64,000 nt of DNA, taken from NCBI RefSeq assembly GCF_009914755.1, contig NC_060930.1. The stretch is one strand, 5' to 3'. The notes beneath the pieces are model-generated. The model had not been told where the DNA came from. It worked only from the letters and a program-made list of their open reading frames with translations, and ran no database searches. Below are positions 49,290 to 63,450 of the stretch, piece after piece. The stretch's first letter is position 1. Each line of letters starts with the position of its first letter. The position numbers and the translations under genes are program-made. This DNA is from the human T2T-CHM13v2.0 reference genome, Homo sapiens.

Positions 49290-49605
49290 CTCCTCTCTCT
49301 CTCTGTCTCTCTCTCTCTCTCTAACCTATTTTGAGACAGAGTCTCGTGCTGTTGCCCAGGCTGGAGTGCAGTGGTGCAATCTTGGCTCACTGCAACCTCT
49401 GTCAAGCGCTTCTCGTGCCTCAGTGTCCTGAGTATCTGGGATTACAGGTGTGCCCACCACCATGCCCTGCTAATTTTTGTATTTTTAGTAGAGATGAGGT
49501 TTTACCATGTTGGCCAGGCTGGTCTCAAACTCCTGACCTCAGGTGATCCGCCTGCCTCAGCCTCCCAAGGTGCTGGAGTTACAGATGTGAGCCACCGCGG
49601 CCGGC
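49290..49605 (-). mobile_element. AluS with adjacent (CT)n
   Basis: dimer with small right-arm deletion. Confidence 0.92.
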
Positions 49606-50364
49606 CAAGAATGAATATTTTGAAGTGTTTTTTCTTTTTTCCTCTGAAACTTCAGTGTCCTATATTCAATATGTGAATTGTGAAATACGTGATGCGCTTA
49701 CCACAGGGTAGAGGATATATGTCTTTGTCATGCTGTGGGCTTATTTTTTTTATAAGTCCTTTACTAACTGGCCAGCGATTATTTAAAATATAAATTGAGA
49801 TTTCATATTCAGAATGAGGAGTACTGGATTGAGTAAGAGGAAAATCTTGATCTTAAAAAATCTTGAAGTAAAAGGTTTTGTTTGGTAAAGTTTTCCCACA
49901 TAGGACTCACTTCCTTAACTGCTTACAGAGATGGTGCTTTTAAAGAAAACATTTTCTTAATAAAATACAAATGTTTTCAGATCTCTCTGTCTTTGGTACA
50001 GATGCCTTTTGCAATATGAGTTCAGTACACAGTGTGCATCCTTAAGCCTTGAATATTCAGATACATTTTTGCTCTTTTAAAAGTAATTACAGTAATAGAA
50101 TTATGTTTACATTCCAGAATACCCATAATGAGATTGGAAAAAAAAGTTCAAGCAGTCAGTCTTCTATCCAGAAGCCATAAATTCTGTTATTGAGTGTGAA
50201 ATCTATTCTTAATTTTTAAATGTCTTTTGCTCTAATGAACTTAATTAGTGGAGTTTGGTACAGTGGAAAGAATACTAAACAAAGTGTTTTGAGACGTGGG
50301 CTCTATCTCTAGCTACCTAGGTGGCCTTAGGTGAATGTCTTCTGGACCTCAGTGATGGACTGTA

Positions 50365-50557
50365 TCAATGGTTCTCAACTCAGGGGCCCTTGGAAATGTT
50401 GAGTGGGAACATGTCAGGTTGCCACACTGTATGGGGGCACTAATGGTTTGGGAACCCTGGATGTTAGGCATCTTGAAATGCCCCAGACTGTCTCACCCAG
50501 CCCAATGAAGAATTGGCCCACTCCAAATATCAATGACACCCCTACGAGTAACACTGG
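50365..50557. mobile_element. MER20-like hAT MITE next to a MIR fragment (~50250-50360)
   Basis: caatggttctcaac...aagaattggcccactccaaatatcaat...aacactg. Confidence 0.6.
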
Positions 50558-51547
50558 ACTAGATGATTACTTAGGTTTTTCCTGCTTTGTTACTGTCAAG
50601 TTCATAAGTGGAGTATTGGCAAGCATCTAAAATAATGTGATGCCAATACGCTCAGTGTCTGTCTCTCACATTTAGCATTGAACGCTATGTTTTCTGGGGT
50701 GAAGTCATACCCAGTAATGCTGGGTCAGGACATGCGGCTGTGGCAACTCAGATTCAGAGCTTTGTTGCTGGGAGAAATCTCTACTGTAAGCACAGAAAAT
50801 ACTGATATGGCTCAAAAGCAGGTGCAGAGCTGGACCTGGGTTTTTTGGTTGGCTTTGGATTATCCTTATATTCTTTCCTCAAAGGGAAGCAGTGGGTTTG
50901 TGGCCACATGCTTGCCCCAAGGCCCTGGGCTTTTCTGCTGTAAACAAAGGGCAGCTGCCTCTTCACACTTCTCTGCTGCTCGGTGCTGTCCCATCTGTTG
51001 GGAAAGGGGGTCTCTGGAGCCTCCAGTGCTGCCCTGCAAACCCAAATCCGGCTGCCTGTTGTCAGGAACCATCTAGACAACTCTGACGAGGCAGAAGGGG
51101 ATTTGGTCTGGAAAAAAGATTCCTGGGGTGTCTAAATTTTTTGGTAGGTTGGCATGATTAAATTACTCCTTATTTGATAGTGAAGTGCTGTTAAATGAAA
51201 GTCACACAGGAAAGCTTCTCTCTGGATTGTCTTTTTGTAGAAAGCAAAGGTGAGTTATTACTAATCCTCACCAGAAATTTGCTGTGATGTTTGTGCATAT
51301 ATACAACTCTTAATAACTACAGTGTTCTATTACCTGAAGCATGCGTTTTAATTAATGTGTTATTTTCCCTATAAAAATAATTTATTTAAAGAAAATTCAA
51401 CTAAGAAAAATATCAGTAATAACTACATTTTGATACATATCTTGCCAGTCTTTAAAACATTTTTAAAAAATGGGGTCATAATGTATGATGTTTTACAACT
51501 TTCTTTGTTCACTTTGTAATATCTCATGTATTGTTTCTGAGACATAT

Positions 51548-51864
51548 AGTCATGTGTCACATAACAACTTTGTAGCCAGTGACAGACCATCTATAGGAAG
51601 GTGGTCCCAAAAGATTATGATGGAGCTTGTGTAGAAACCTGATGTGTGGCACTTGAGATTGGCATTGCAGATCAAGTAGCAGAAATGATTGATATTCAGT
51701 AATGGTGCTGGGACATTTGATTATATACATATATGAAAAAATTATATAAATAAAAATATATATACCATCTAGGTTTATGTAAGTACACTCTATGATGTTC
51801 TCACATGACAAAATCACCTAACAGTACATTTCTCAGAATGTATCCATGTTTGTAACATGATTGT
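51548..51864. mobile_element. Tigger3 (Golem)-type MITE
   Basis: agtcatgtgtcacataac...ggtggtcccaaaagatta...aagtacactctatgatgtt...aaaatcacctaac..catttctcagaatgtatcc. Confidence 0.82.
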
Positions 51865-51887
51865 ATTACACAATTTTACATGACTTC

Positions 51888-52408
51888 TGTCTTAGTTCAG
51901 GCTGCTATAACAAAATACCATAGACGGGTGGCTTAAGCAATCAGAAATTTATTTCTGACAGTTCTGAGAGCTGGGACATTTGAGATCAGGGTGTCAGCAT
52001 GGATTAGTTCTTTTAAAAATTTTTTAAATATATTTTTAATTTTTAATTTTTTTGTAGAGATGGAGTCTCACCATCTTGCCTAGGCTGGTCTCAAACTCCC
52101 GGGCTCAAGCGATCTCTTTCCTTGCCCTCCCAAAGTGCTAGAGGTGCGAGCCACCCTGGTTCAGTTCTGTCAATGGCCCTCTTCCTGGTTTCCTTGCCAT
52201 GTCCTCACATTTGTAGAGCAGAGAGAAAGGAAGCAAGCTCTCTTGTTATCTCTTCTCATAAGGGCACTAATCCCATTGTGAAGGCTTCACCCTCATAACC
52301 TAATTACCTCCCCAAAGTCCCATCTCCAAATCACATCACACTGGGGATTAGGGTTTAAACATATGAATTTGGGGTTGGGGGGTGGACGCAAACATTCAGT
52401 CCATAGCA
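51888..52408 (-). mobile_element. MLT1A/MST-type LTR with nested Alu left monomer (~52015-52158)
   Basis: tgtcttagttcaggctgctataacaaaatacc...aacattcagtccatagca. Confidence 0.8.
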
Positions 52409-52419
52409 GCTACTGGTAA

Positions 52420-52670
52420 TTCACTGAAAGGATGGTGCCGAAGAGTACAGGTCCTAGAGTTGGACCCTGTGGGTTCATACCTTAGCCCTGACACTTATTA
52501 ACTGGGCAAATTATTGAATGGCTTTGTGCATTATTTACTCATCTGTATAATGGGGAGAATGTTAATACCAACCACATTGGTGTGTTCTGAGAATTAAATG
52601 AGATAATAGATGTTGGGTGCTCAGAATAGAGCCTTACATAAAATAAGCATTTAGTATCTATTAAATATCG
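52420..52670 (+). mobile_element. MIR
   Basis: ctgggcaaattatt...ctcatctgtataatgggga...gagaattaaatgagataat. Confidence 0.75.
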
Positions 52671-53683
52671 TCTTATCAGCACCAGCATCACCATGATTAT
52701 ATGACCATACATCCCACTAACAAATCCCCTGGCATTAGATTCTTGCAATTAAATTCTTTCTGACATGCAGAGTATTACTTTAGGATCATTTTTAAAATGT
52801 GGAATTTCTGAGCCAAAGAACAAACAGCAGTTTAAAGCTTTGGATACATATTGCTAGATTTCTTTCCAGGAAGCTTGTCTCAGTATTCACTCCTACCAAC
52901 TTTTCTCAGCATTAAAAAATTCAGCTTGTCTTCCTTCTAACATTCTGTGTGCTGTGGGACCTCCCCATTCCAATAATTTGGAATATAAATTCATTTCATA
53001 TTGTTCTGGGGCAAGCATTATTATGAAAATGAATTAGCCACAAAACAAATCACATAAAGCATTTCGCCATCAAATGAAAAGAATAAGGTGGCTCACCTAC
53101 GCTTGGTTTTTCACCTGTGCTTCACCTTCTCTCATTGATCAAGGAATGTTTATGTGTGAGAGGATGTGAATGTGTAGTCCTCAGACTCTCTTCCCTGCAA
53201 CCTAGTTTAATGTCTAGACATACTGGAAGAAAAAAAATGATCTTTGGTAACATGATGGGAAAAGTACATGAAATTAGCTACATAAATTGTGAAATAGCAA
53301 GTCAGTCTTTTTATTCTGTGATGTGTAAAAATCACTTATTTCATTGTATTTACTTTTACTTTTCCACAAAGAAATTGCTGCAAGTTGGTATGTACAGAGG
53401 TAAGATCCACAGTGTAACCTTTGTTACTTGATACTAAGTCCTGGCCCAGGATGCTTGTTCAGCTTGCCTGTGCTACCAAGTGCCTGGTGGTGACTCAATT
53501 CTCCCACCTGTCGTCTCTTTTTGGATGACTGAGAGCCCTCTCTACAGCATGTTGTGACCTAGCCAGCCTGGCCTTCACCTGTATCCAGTGCAGTATTGCC
53601 AGAGGAAGCCTGCTTTCATTTTGTTCTCAGCAGTCCACCCACCTGCATTTGATTATAAACACAAATTCAAACGTGAGCATTTA

Positions 53684-53881
<198 letters not shown>

Positions 53882-54146
53882 TTATGAGGGAGGCATCCAG
53901 CTGATCTCAAATATGTTCAGTTTGTTAGATTCTCATTAAGAACATAGAATGTAAAAATTCTCATTCAGGATTCTCAGATTTCTGAAAATACATTTTAGGC
54001 CCCCAGAGCTATGCTTAGTAAAGGCTGATTTGGTTTTTAGACACTGTCCAAGGTACTTTGGATAATTATTGGCATTCCAAAAAGAAATATAGGTTACATT
54101 TATATTGTTTCTTTTGATTGAATACTTGACTCATTTTGATCAAGAA

Positions 54147-54412
54147 CAGTGGGTTTTAAACTTTTAACTGTGACCCACTATGAGAACTAGTGACCCAGTA
54201 TGTACACATACATATATAAACATACACACAAATGAAACAAATGTTTCCCACCCAAAATATATCGATCTATTCTATTCTATTCTATTCTATTCTATTCTAT
54301 TCTATTCTATTCTATTCTATTCTATTCTAGTTCATTCTTTAAAATGCTGCTTGTGACCTATTAACTTATTTTCATGACCCACAAATGGGCCATGACCTCC
54401 CGTTTGAAAATC
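54147..54412. mobile_element. hAT-Charlie MITE containing (ATTCT)n
   Basis: cagtgggttttaaac..tgtgacccac...tttcatgacccac...gtttgaaaa. Confidence 0.6.
54266..54329. repeat. (ATTCT)12 pentanucleotide microsatellite
   Basis: uninterrupted tctat x12 plus tcta. Confidence 0.97.
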
Positions 54413-56218
54413 CAATTCCAGAGGTGGTTTCTTAGGACTGTGGGTTGACTGATAACGTGTCTCATGCGTCGCACATTGCCTTCCTCTTGGTACCGGGTCC
54501 AAGGCAGGCTGTACATGTCCAGGGCATTGCTCCTGAAGGGGTCTCAGTGCCACAGGGCTGGGCAGGAAATCAAGGCAGAGCTCTTTGTGTTGGCTGCCTG
54601 GGGACTTGAAGAGCTTTGCTTTTGAGAACTTTGGTCCTTCCCTGAACCGGCTGCTGCAGCTGACAGCTCTGCCTGAGTGGGAAAGTTTAAACGAGGACAA
54701 TAATTCAGTTTGAGTGCCCCTGAATCATGTCTTTGTCTCTGCTCTTGACAGAACAGAAGGAAGTTTTTCATTATTAAGGATGCCAGCTGCCCACAGATTG
54801 ATATATCTGTAGCCAGGGCTGGCTCACTCTCAAGTAGGTACAGATCTGGCTCCCCAGTTGGTATATTTTGAAGAAGTCCAGAAAATATTTTCCTTAAATG
54901 TCTCCACTCAGTCTCCTATGCCTAAAATTTCATGATTAGAAGTTTGGTCTTTTGCATCTTCTAAGTTTTTGGTCTTCTAGAATTCCAGATCAACATAAAA
55001 ACATCATTGGAAAAGAGACTACCTTAGGATTGTATCAGGTAATATATAATGGGGATTTGGACAGTGCTGAGAGCAAGGCATGCCCATTTCGTTGGAGCTG
55101 GGGATACAGGAGCGAGGACCTGTGGACTAGAGAATGGTGAGCAGGAGGAAATGGAGTGGAGGAGGCCGCAGGGCAGGCTTGGCCTGGTGAAGCCTGTGTC
55201 TAACGGTAATTGGAAAGCTCCATGAACTGTGGAGCCCTTTAAATTTATTAATGAGAATTTTATGAAGACCTTGTGACTTGGGGTGGACTTCAGCAAGGCT
55301 TAGTGATGAAGGAACCAACACTCAACAAGAGTGACCAGAACTCTTAGGCCACTTGCTACTCAGGGATTCTGTGTCCTGGGTTGTCCACTGTGTTTTGTTT
55401 AACAAATTTATTCCCATGCAGACAACATGACTAATTGTATGCTACCCAAGAGTCACCTTTTATTTTTTCCAATGGCATCTAAGCACCTTGCATTTACATG
55501 GGCATTTTTTCCTTAGTTTTCTGGTCATTCAGATTGGTCCAGATTAATCCAGTTCAATTGCATGCGCATTTGCTTTTCTAGTTGTTGGTCATCGTAGGAT
55601 TTAGTGCTGGAAAAGACCTTAGCAATCACCTCAGTCAGTGATTTTTCGGCTGTGGTTTTCAACCCATTACTGGGTCTTCAAATCAGTTTTATGGGTGCAA
55701 CTGACAGGGATTGTTGGGAGAATCCAGTAAATATTTATCTTCCCCACCAGGTGTTGTGTAGCACACAAATACGTGATACCTCATAATGAGTAGCAATGTA
55801 CAAAACAGTGTGTTTTGTGTGAGTGATACAGATAGATTCTTTTATTCGACAAATATCAGATGTCATTGAAGCCCTTATTGTTTATTGGTACTGTGGTGAG
55901 GTGTGGGGGATACAAAGATGAGTGACATGGGCCCTGCCCTGGAGATGCTCAGATGATAGCGGGGAGACAGGTGCAAAAGGCTGTTGTGACACAGTGGTGA
56001 CTGCAGTGGTGAGGATGCCTGGTTACATCCTCCTTACCTAATGAGCACCTGCTCCGGAGGCCCTGCTCTGGAAAAGCAGCAGGCTGGCTGATTCAGCTGG
56101 ACCAAACACAGCTGTGAGAAGCTGCAGGGTGTGTCTTTGAGAGAAAACTCACCTCTGCGGTTTAGAAAACAAGAGCAGGGAAGGCTTCTGGGGAGAAGTG
56201 CCATCTCCGCTTGGCCTG

Positions 56219-56648
56219 TGTAGTGGGTCAAATGGTGGCCCCCCAAAAGATAAGTCCATGTCCTAAGCCCTGGAGCCTGTGAATATTCCCTTATTTTAAA
56301 AAAAGGTTTTGCAGATGTGATTAAGATGAGGCAGTCATCCTGGATCGTTTGGGTGAGCCCTAAATCTAACAACAAGTGTTCTTTTAAGAGGCAGAGGGAG
56401 ACTTGACATAGAACAGGACAAGGCCATGTGACGAGTGAGACTGAAATAATGAGGCCACAAGTCAAGGAATGTTGTTGCAGTCATCAGAAGCTGGAAGGGT
56501 TCTCCCCAAGAGCTTCCAGAGGGAACACAGCTCCGCCGACAACTTCATTTTGGACTCCTGGCCTCCAAAACTGTGAGGGAACACATTTCTGTTGTACCAA
56601 GCCACCACATTTGTGGTAATCTGTTATGACAATCCTAGAAAATGAACA
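56219..56648 (+). mobile_element. MLT1C/D MaLR LTR
   Basis: tgtagtgggtcaaatggtggccccccaaaaga...ctagaaaatgaaca. Confidence 0.85.
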
Positions 56649-56688
56649 TGGTCTGGATTTTCATAGGCCGAAATTACAGAAGGGATGG

Positions 56689-57574
56689 TGTTGGGATTCA
56701 GGACACGTGACCCCAAAATATTTCAAGTTGAAGAAACTTGAGAAAACTGCAGATATAGGAGGGTTGCTCTTACTTCCCCCACAACCCCTGCCCTTTTCCC
56801 CTGAAGCCGTCCATACAATCTAGGAAGAATTGTCTGAACTTTCCCTGAAGCAGGTCTTGAGATGCTTATGTAAGAAGTCCTCTCCTTTGTAGGGACATGG
56901 TTGAAGCTGGAAACCATCATTCTCAGCAAACTATTGCAAGAACAAAAAGCCAAACACCGCATGTTCTCACTCATAGGTGGGAATTGAACAATGAGAACAC
57001 TTGGACACAGGAAGGGGAATATCACACACCAGGGCCTGTCATGGGGTGGGGGGAGGCGGGAGGGAAAGCATTAAGAGATATACCTAATGTAAATGATGAG
57101 TTAATGGGTGCAGCACACCAACATGGCACATGTATACATATGTAACAAACCTGCACGTTGTGCACATGTACCCTAGAACTTAAAGTATAATTTAAAAAAA
57201 TAATAAAATTAAAAAAAAAAAGTCCTCTCCTTATACCTGGAGGAAAAGAATGTAATTCTCCCTGAAGATGAAGGGTCACAGAGAAGAATCTGCACAAACA
57301 GGTCGTGCTGTGTTTCCTCCAGTCTATTACCATTAGATCCTATCGCCTTTGTCCAATCATACTTCATCGCTCTCCACTTCTTCATCATACCCAGCATAAA
57401 AAAATACATGTTTCCCTATTGCTTTGGGTCTTTATTTCCTTATGAAGACTCCCACGTCACCTAAAACTTACATTGAATAAATGTGCATGCTTTTCTCTGG
57501 TTAATCTTTCTTTTGTTATGGGGCCTCAGCCATGAACCTAGCATGGGTAAGGAAAGATGCTTTTCCTCCCTATA
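56689..57574 (+). mobile_element. MER39/MER34-family ERV1 LTR split by L1PA
   Basis: tgttgggattcaggacacgtgaccccaaaatat...aataaatgtgcatgcttttctc...ttttcctccctata. Confidence 0.75.
56887..57220 (+). mobile_element. L1PA 3' end, 5'-truncated
   Basis: gtagggacatgg..gaagctggaaaccatcattctcagc...gaacttaaagtataa; TSD aagtcctctcctt. Confidence 0.95.
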
Positions 57575-58517
57575 AGGGCATTTCTGGAGAGAGCGCCGGG
57601 GCTGGGAGACAGAGCCCTGTTTGGGAAGAGAGAAGGGAGCAGCCTGGCCTGAGCGCGGATTTTGTGAAAGGCATGACAGGAGATACTGCTGGAAAGCATG
57701 TAGCTGACCTGGTGCTTTTGTGATGGTTTGAGTAATTCCTTGTTTGTAGAGGATCATTTGGTAGTTCATTGTGCTGCCTCTTAGGTAATGGCTCTTAACA
57801 CCGGGTGACCCAGCAAAAAACACAGGGTGAGGTTTGTTTGTTACCCAGGTGGCTGTACTTGTGTGTGTTTGCAGGGAGAGTAATGCTCCCTGATATGTAA
57901 ATGCTCCTTGATTTTGCCTGCTGAAGACAACCACGCACACCCCACTAGAGGGTTGCCTTAGCCACTTTCTGCATTTTGTTCTTGAACCTGCACTTCTCAC
58001 TGCTTTTTCCTAAACAGATATATTTTTGTGGCATTTTATGTCCTTGAAATGATCAATTAATGTATACTCATTCCTGTGAGGTGTAGTAAACATCTTTAAG
58101 CCAGGTGAAGAGGTTCGTAACATGAAACCAGTCCATGCCTCTTTCAGAGATTCACAACAGGCCCTCCCCATTCTAGAAGAACTGGACCATTTGGTACCTT
58201 TTTTTTCTTTAGTGAGCTAGAATTTAAGAATGAGTACATTTTGGGACCTAATTAAATTTTATATCTACCAGTTGAGAAATAGCCGGTGAAAGTCTTGTGT
58301 CTTTTCAGCTGTCTTCCTAAGCTGCATGACACATTCTTATATTTTTGCCCTTCCCCATGCCCCAAATTCCACATATACTCATGGCTTATGGCTTTTCATT
58401 ATTAGTTTTTATAATAGAAATAATTCAAGCTTGTTGTAAAAATGTCAAATGATAGGTGTGAATATATGGCTCCATAACCCTTCAGCTGGCTGCAGACGTA
58501 GACTCACACTTCAGTCC

Positions 58518-59332
58518 TCACATCAGCTTCCTTTTGTAACAAATTACCACAAACTTGGTGGGTGTAAAGCAACAGAAATATATTCTCCCAGAGTTCTGGA
58601 GGCCAGAAGTCCAAAAATCAATGTGTTGCAGGGCCCTGCTCCCTCCAGAGTTTCTAGGGGATATTCTGTTCCTTGCCTCTTGCAGTTTCTGGGGATTGTA
58701 TGTATTTCTTGGCTTGAGAAATATGGCTCCAATCTCTGCCTTCATCTTTACTTCCTTTTGTCTTCTGTGTGTCTCTGTGTGTCAACTCTCACTCTCTCTC
58801 TCCCTCTCCTTTTTTAATTTTTTTATTCTTTGAGACAGGGTCTTGCTCTGTCACCTAGTCTGGAATACGGTGGCATGATCTCAGCTCACTGCAGCCTTGA
58901 CCTCCTGGGCTCAAGCAATCCTCCCACTTCAGCTTCCTGAGTAGCTGGGACTACAGGCATGCACTATCATGCCCAGCTAATTTTTAAATTTTTTTTTGTA
59001 AAGACAGGGCCTCACTGTGTTGCCCAGGCTGGTCTCGAACTCCTGGGCCCAAGCAGTCTTTCCACCTCTGCCTCCCAAAAAAGTGCTGGAATTACAGGTG
59101 TGAGCCGCCACGCCCAGCCTGTCTGTCTCTTATAAGGATACATGTGACTGCATTTAGGGCCCACTGTGATAATCCAGGATAAGCCCTTCCTCACAGAATC
59201 CTTAATTTAACCACATTTCGGGGGGTTATATAAGGTGATATCCACTCTTTTGTCATATAAGGTAATACTGACAGGTTTCAGGCATTAGGAAGTTGACATA
59301 ACTTTTTGGGGGCCACTGTTCAACCCACTACA
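58518..59332 (-). mobile_element. MLT1C/D-type LTR split by AluJ (~58810-59119, -)
   Basis: gtaacaaattaccacaaactt...gttctggaggccagaagtcc...gttcaacccactaca. Confidence 0.8.
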
Positions 59333-59334
59333 AT

Positions 59335-59912
59335 TGTTAAAGAAAAAGTTATTCTGACACTTGTTAAAATGGTAAAGGAGACTTTATTCAGGATTATCCT
59401 GCTAGGTGTCAAGATAGTTGCACTAGGGTAGAGAGATTGGGTTCAACTCTGAATACAACACAAGTGAGTAGGAGGACCAGGTGTGGTAGCAGGAGGATCA
59501 CTTGAGACCAGGAGTTTGAGACCAGCCTGAGCAGCATAGCAAGATCCCCTCTCTACCAAGAAAAAAAAAATGAGCGGCGTTGGTAGCCAAGGAAAAGGCC
59601 ATGGGGGTCTGTAGATGGAAGATTACTAAGAGGAGACATCAAGGGTTGGGTGATTCATGCTAAACTAACAGGATTCCTGCTGAAGGCAGATAACTCTTGA
59701 TCAGATGTCACCTGGGGGATGAAGAATTTGATTAGATAGTAATGGGATCAAGTATCAGGGGTGGGAGGATTCTTTCTAAACTGACTTAGCAGGATTCTTG
59801 CTAACACTGGGCTGTGCAGGCCTGGCAAGGATGGGGAGTAATACTGAAGCCAAGTCAAGAAGAGGGCCCAGAAGAGTCCAACTCAAGTTTGGTCAAGGAG
59901 AAGTCTCTGTCA
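59335..59912 (-). mobile_element. MER31-like ERV1 solo LTR with nested FLAM (~59476-59570)
   Basis: tgttaaagaaaaagttattctgacacttg...tttggtcaaggagaagtctctgtca; 4-bp TSD caat. Confidence 0.75.
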
Positions 59913-60356
59913 CAATCCTTTAAGCAGTGTTTTGCATACTCACAAAGACCATTAATAGGAACCTGGTTTTCACTGTGAAGTTATCAGCAATCAAGCTTGT
60001 CCTGGTGGGGAAACCTCAACATTGCATGCAGCTGCTGCCTAATTACAGAAGTGGCTTGAACTCCTGCAGCCAATCTTTTTTGCCTATCCACACCATCCTT
60101 GCAGTGTGCCTTCATGAGGACAGCAGTTTAGAGGGCACCCTGCTTTCCAGCCCCCTGGAAAGTGGCGCCTACTTCTGCCTGAAGATTATTGTTTGGATTC
60201 AACCTATAGGAAAAATAAAACACCCACAAGGACTGATGTTAGGAAACTCATTACCACATCAGAGAGAATTTTAGATCAGTCACTATGTGGGAAGAATAAA
60301 TTGATTACTGGTTTGGGGCCTGGTCTTGGAACCTTTGGTGACAGATAAGAAGCCAA

Positions 60357-60667
60357 GGCCGGGCACGGTGGCTCACGCCTGTAATCCCAGCACTTTGGGA
60401 GGCTGAGGTGGGCGGATCACAAGGTCAGGAGATCGAGACCATCCTGGCTAACACAGTGAAACCCCACCTCTACTAAAAATACAAAAAATTAGCCGGGCGT
60501 GGTGGCAGGCGCCTGTAGTCCCAGTTACTCGGGAGGCTGAGGCAGGAGAAGGCATGAACCCGGGAGGCGGAGCTTGCAGCGAGCCAAGATTGTGCCACTG
60601 CACGCTAGCCTGGGCAACAGAGCGAGACTCCATCTCAAAACAAAACAAAACAAAACAAAACAAAACA
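60357..60667 (+). mobile_element. AluY with (CAAAA)n tail
   Basis: gagatcgagaccatcctggctaacac, ggagcttgcag. Confidence 0.95.
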
Positions 60668-61179
60668 GAAGAACCAACTGGCTTTTCTAAGGCCATGATT
60701 TGGCATGAACCCCATGACTCGGGGAGCACTGGTCCAACTTCAGGACTGGACCTCTGGGAGGAGGGTAGAGGGGATCTCTTCCACAGCAGGGAAGGAATCT
60801 GTCTGCCCTCAGACCCCAAGTTGACCTAATCTGTAGATAGGACCAGGGCTGAGCCCAGTACAGCTCTTTTGATGGGCTCACCTCTTTGCACGTAGATGTC
60901 GGCTTGTGTTGTGTCTGGGACTCTGACAGGTACTATATAAATGGAATCAACTCTACAACTCTGCAGGTGGCTCCTGCTGATGTTTCAGGTGTAGGGAAGC
61001 CCTACTTTCTTAGTATTTTCAGTACTCTTCCGTTGGCTCATTTTTCTACTACGGGATGAGAAAGTAGTGCTTTTTACTTATCAAACAAACTCTCTCATAG
61101 GGCTTTGTAAGAATTCAATACTGTAATTTAATTATGTTACATTCAGCTCATTATAATTTATTGCATTCAGTAAATTGCA

Positions 61180-61385
61180 TTTATCAAACACCAGCCCTTT
61201 GCTGCATGCTGTCTAGGACACTTTTTGTTTATTTCATTTTACCTTTACAACCACCTGCAAGTTATAGGTATTATCTCTGTTTTTTTTAGGTGAGGAAACT
61301 GAGGCTCAGAAAGTTTCTGACTTGCCCACATTCTCTTGTGTAGTAATTGTGGCATCAGGATTTGGAGTCCATGCTGTTGACCCCA
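61180..61385 (-). mobile_element. MIR
   Basis: ggtgaggaaactgaggctcagaaag..tgacttgccca. Confidence 0.75.
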
Positions 61386-61919
61386 GTGTACATGTTCATA
61401 TGCAATTCCATGGGCCCCCAAGAAAGAGAAAGAATCCTGGAGCTAACTGGTGGCCACCTTCAGTCTTTAGGACATCTTACTAAGCCTGTCTCCCATCTAC
61501 AAAATGAAGACTCCGGAGTTGTGCTTCTCCAGGTCTCAGGAACACTGACAATGGGGATTAGCAAGCTTTTTTCCACACTGCCCCCCCCCCCACCATAATT
61601 AAAGTACTTAGGAATTTCCTTTGGGAAGACAATGTTTGAATGAATAACAGAACAGAATTCTGCCTGTGAAGGGGTGTGAGGTCTTCTAGGGTACGCCGTA
61701 AGTGAGGTTCTGTTGGAATGATTAAATGGCAGAGGGCAGAGTAAATTACCAGCTGGGATCCTGTTGATAACAAGCTTGCAGGAAACTCACTGAAGTCAAC
61801 GTGTAAACACAGAGATGTGGGCAGAGATATGCCGGTAGTACCGTCGGGACCAGGCCCAGGAAGTCTGTCTTTTCTCCCTTTGCCCTTTCAGGGATGTGCC
61901 CTGGGGAAAGATAAAATTA

Positions 61920-62171
<252 letters not shown>

Positions 62172-63104
62172 GGAGAAAGATAAAACTTAAATCCTACTGT
62201 CTGTTTTCAAGTGACAACAAACTTTTATTATGTTTCAGAATTTGGAAAACTTAGGTCTGCAAATAAGAAGTTTGTCATAACATCTAAGCATAAACACTCA
62301 CCTTTATTGTTTAATAGAGCATCTGAGAATATTGATGAAAAATTATTCCACTTCTTACTTTGCAGCAGCCAAAGCTTCTACCCCAAACAGAATGTCCCCT
62401 GCTCTGGGTGAGTTTATAGCTTCTTCTTTTCTGTTTTGTATAAATTCCAACTTGTCAGGGATGCTTTCTCTCTGAACTTTCAAATTAATTGTTTCCCTCC
62501 TTATCAGGTAGGTTTGATCTGAGGTGATTATGAACAGATTAGATTCTCCCAAAAGTTTAAAAAACAAACAAAAAATTACTTTGCAACAAAAACCAGGTTT
62601 CCATTCATGGTTTTCTGAATCTACAAAAATTACTTTGGTACAGGCTGATCATTTAGGATATTTAAAATTGAATTTGAAGCTTTAAACTACTATTTCTTTA
62701 TTCATCCATTCATTCACTCAGCATACCTGTCTCCTGCTTTGTGACTGTTATCCTCCTTGTCCTGGTAAGTTCCTACCTCCTGGTGAGTTCTGCTGCGTAA
62801 AGTAGGGGCTGACTGCTTCAGCTGGACCAAAAACAGACCTCTGTTTCCTTTTTTCTTTTTCTATTTATAATTTTCTGCTTTGTAGGAAGACTACAAGAAA
62901 TGGTATATATGACTAGATGCTGCTTTTCCACAATAATAGGGGATCTTTGAAATCCTAGGAAACTGTCTTGTTTTCTAAATTGTGCCTTTTAAACACTTTA
63001 CCTGCAAGTCTTGTCTTCCTAAGTGTAGTATTAGCAAATAACAGTGGATATGTTTTTTTCTCTCTCTCTCTCTGTGTATCTGTGTATCTTCAGAGCTTTC
63101 GAAT

Positions 63105-63450
63105 TTTAAAATAGTTTTATTAAGGTATAATTTATATATCATAAAATTTATCCATTATAACTATGCAGTTTGGTGATTTTTAAAGTAATTTCACACAGTG
63201 TGCAACCATCATCAGAATCCAGTTTGAGAACGTTTTCATTACTCCAAAAAGTTTCCTAATGCCATTTAGTGATCAGTCCCCACTACCACCCCTAGCTCCA
63301 GGCAACCATTGGTCCCCTTTCTGCCTCCATAAATTTGCCTTTTCTAGACATTACATATAAATAGAATCAGATAGTATATGGTTTTTTGTTTCTGGCTACT
63401 TTCATTGCGCATAATGTTTTTGAGGTTCATCCACGAAGTATATGTTAATA
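63105..63450 (-). mobile_element. L1MB 3' end
   Basis: ttttattaaggtataatttatata...gcaaccatc...ccaggcaacca...aatgtttttgaggttcatccac. Confidence 0.85.

Noticed and set aside
57043-57064. G-rich G4-like tract
   Set aside because: Normal feature of the L1PA 3' UTR.
57461-58000. Longest ORF (179 aa, minus strand)
   Set aside because: Non-ATG start, no recognisable domain, runs into an LTR; length compatible with chance.
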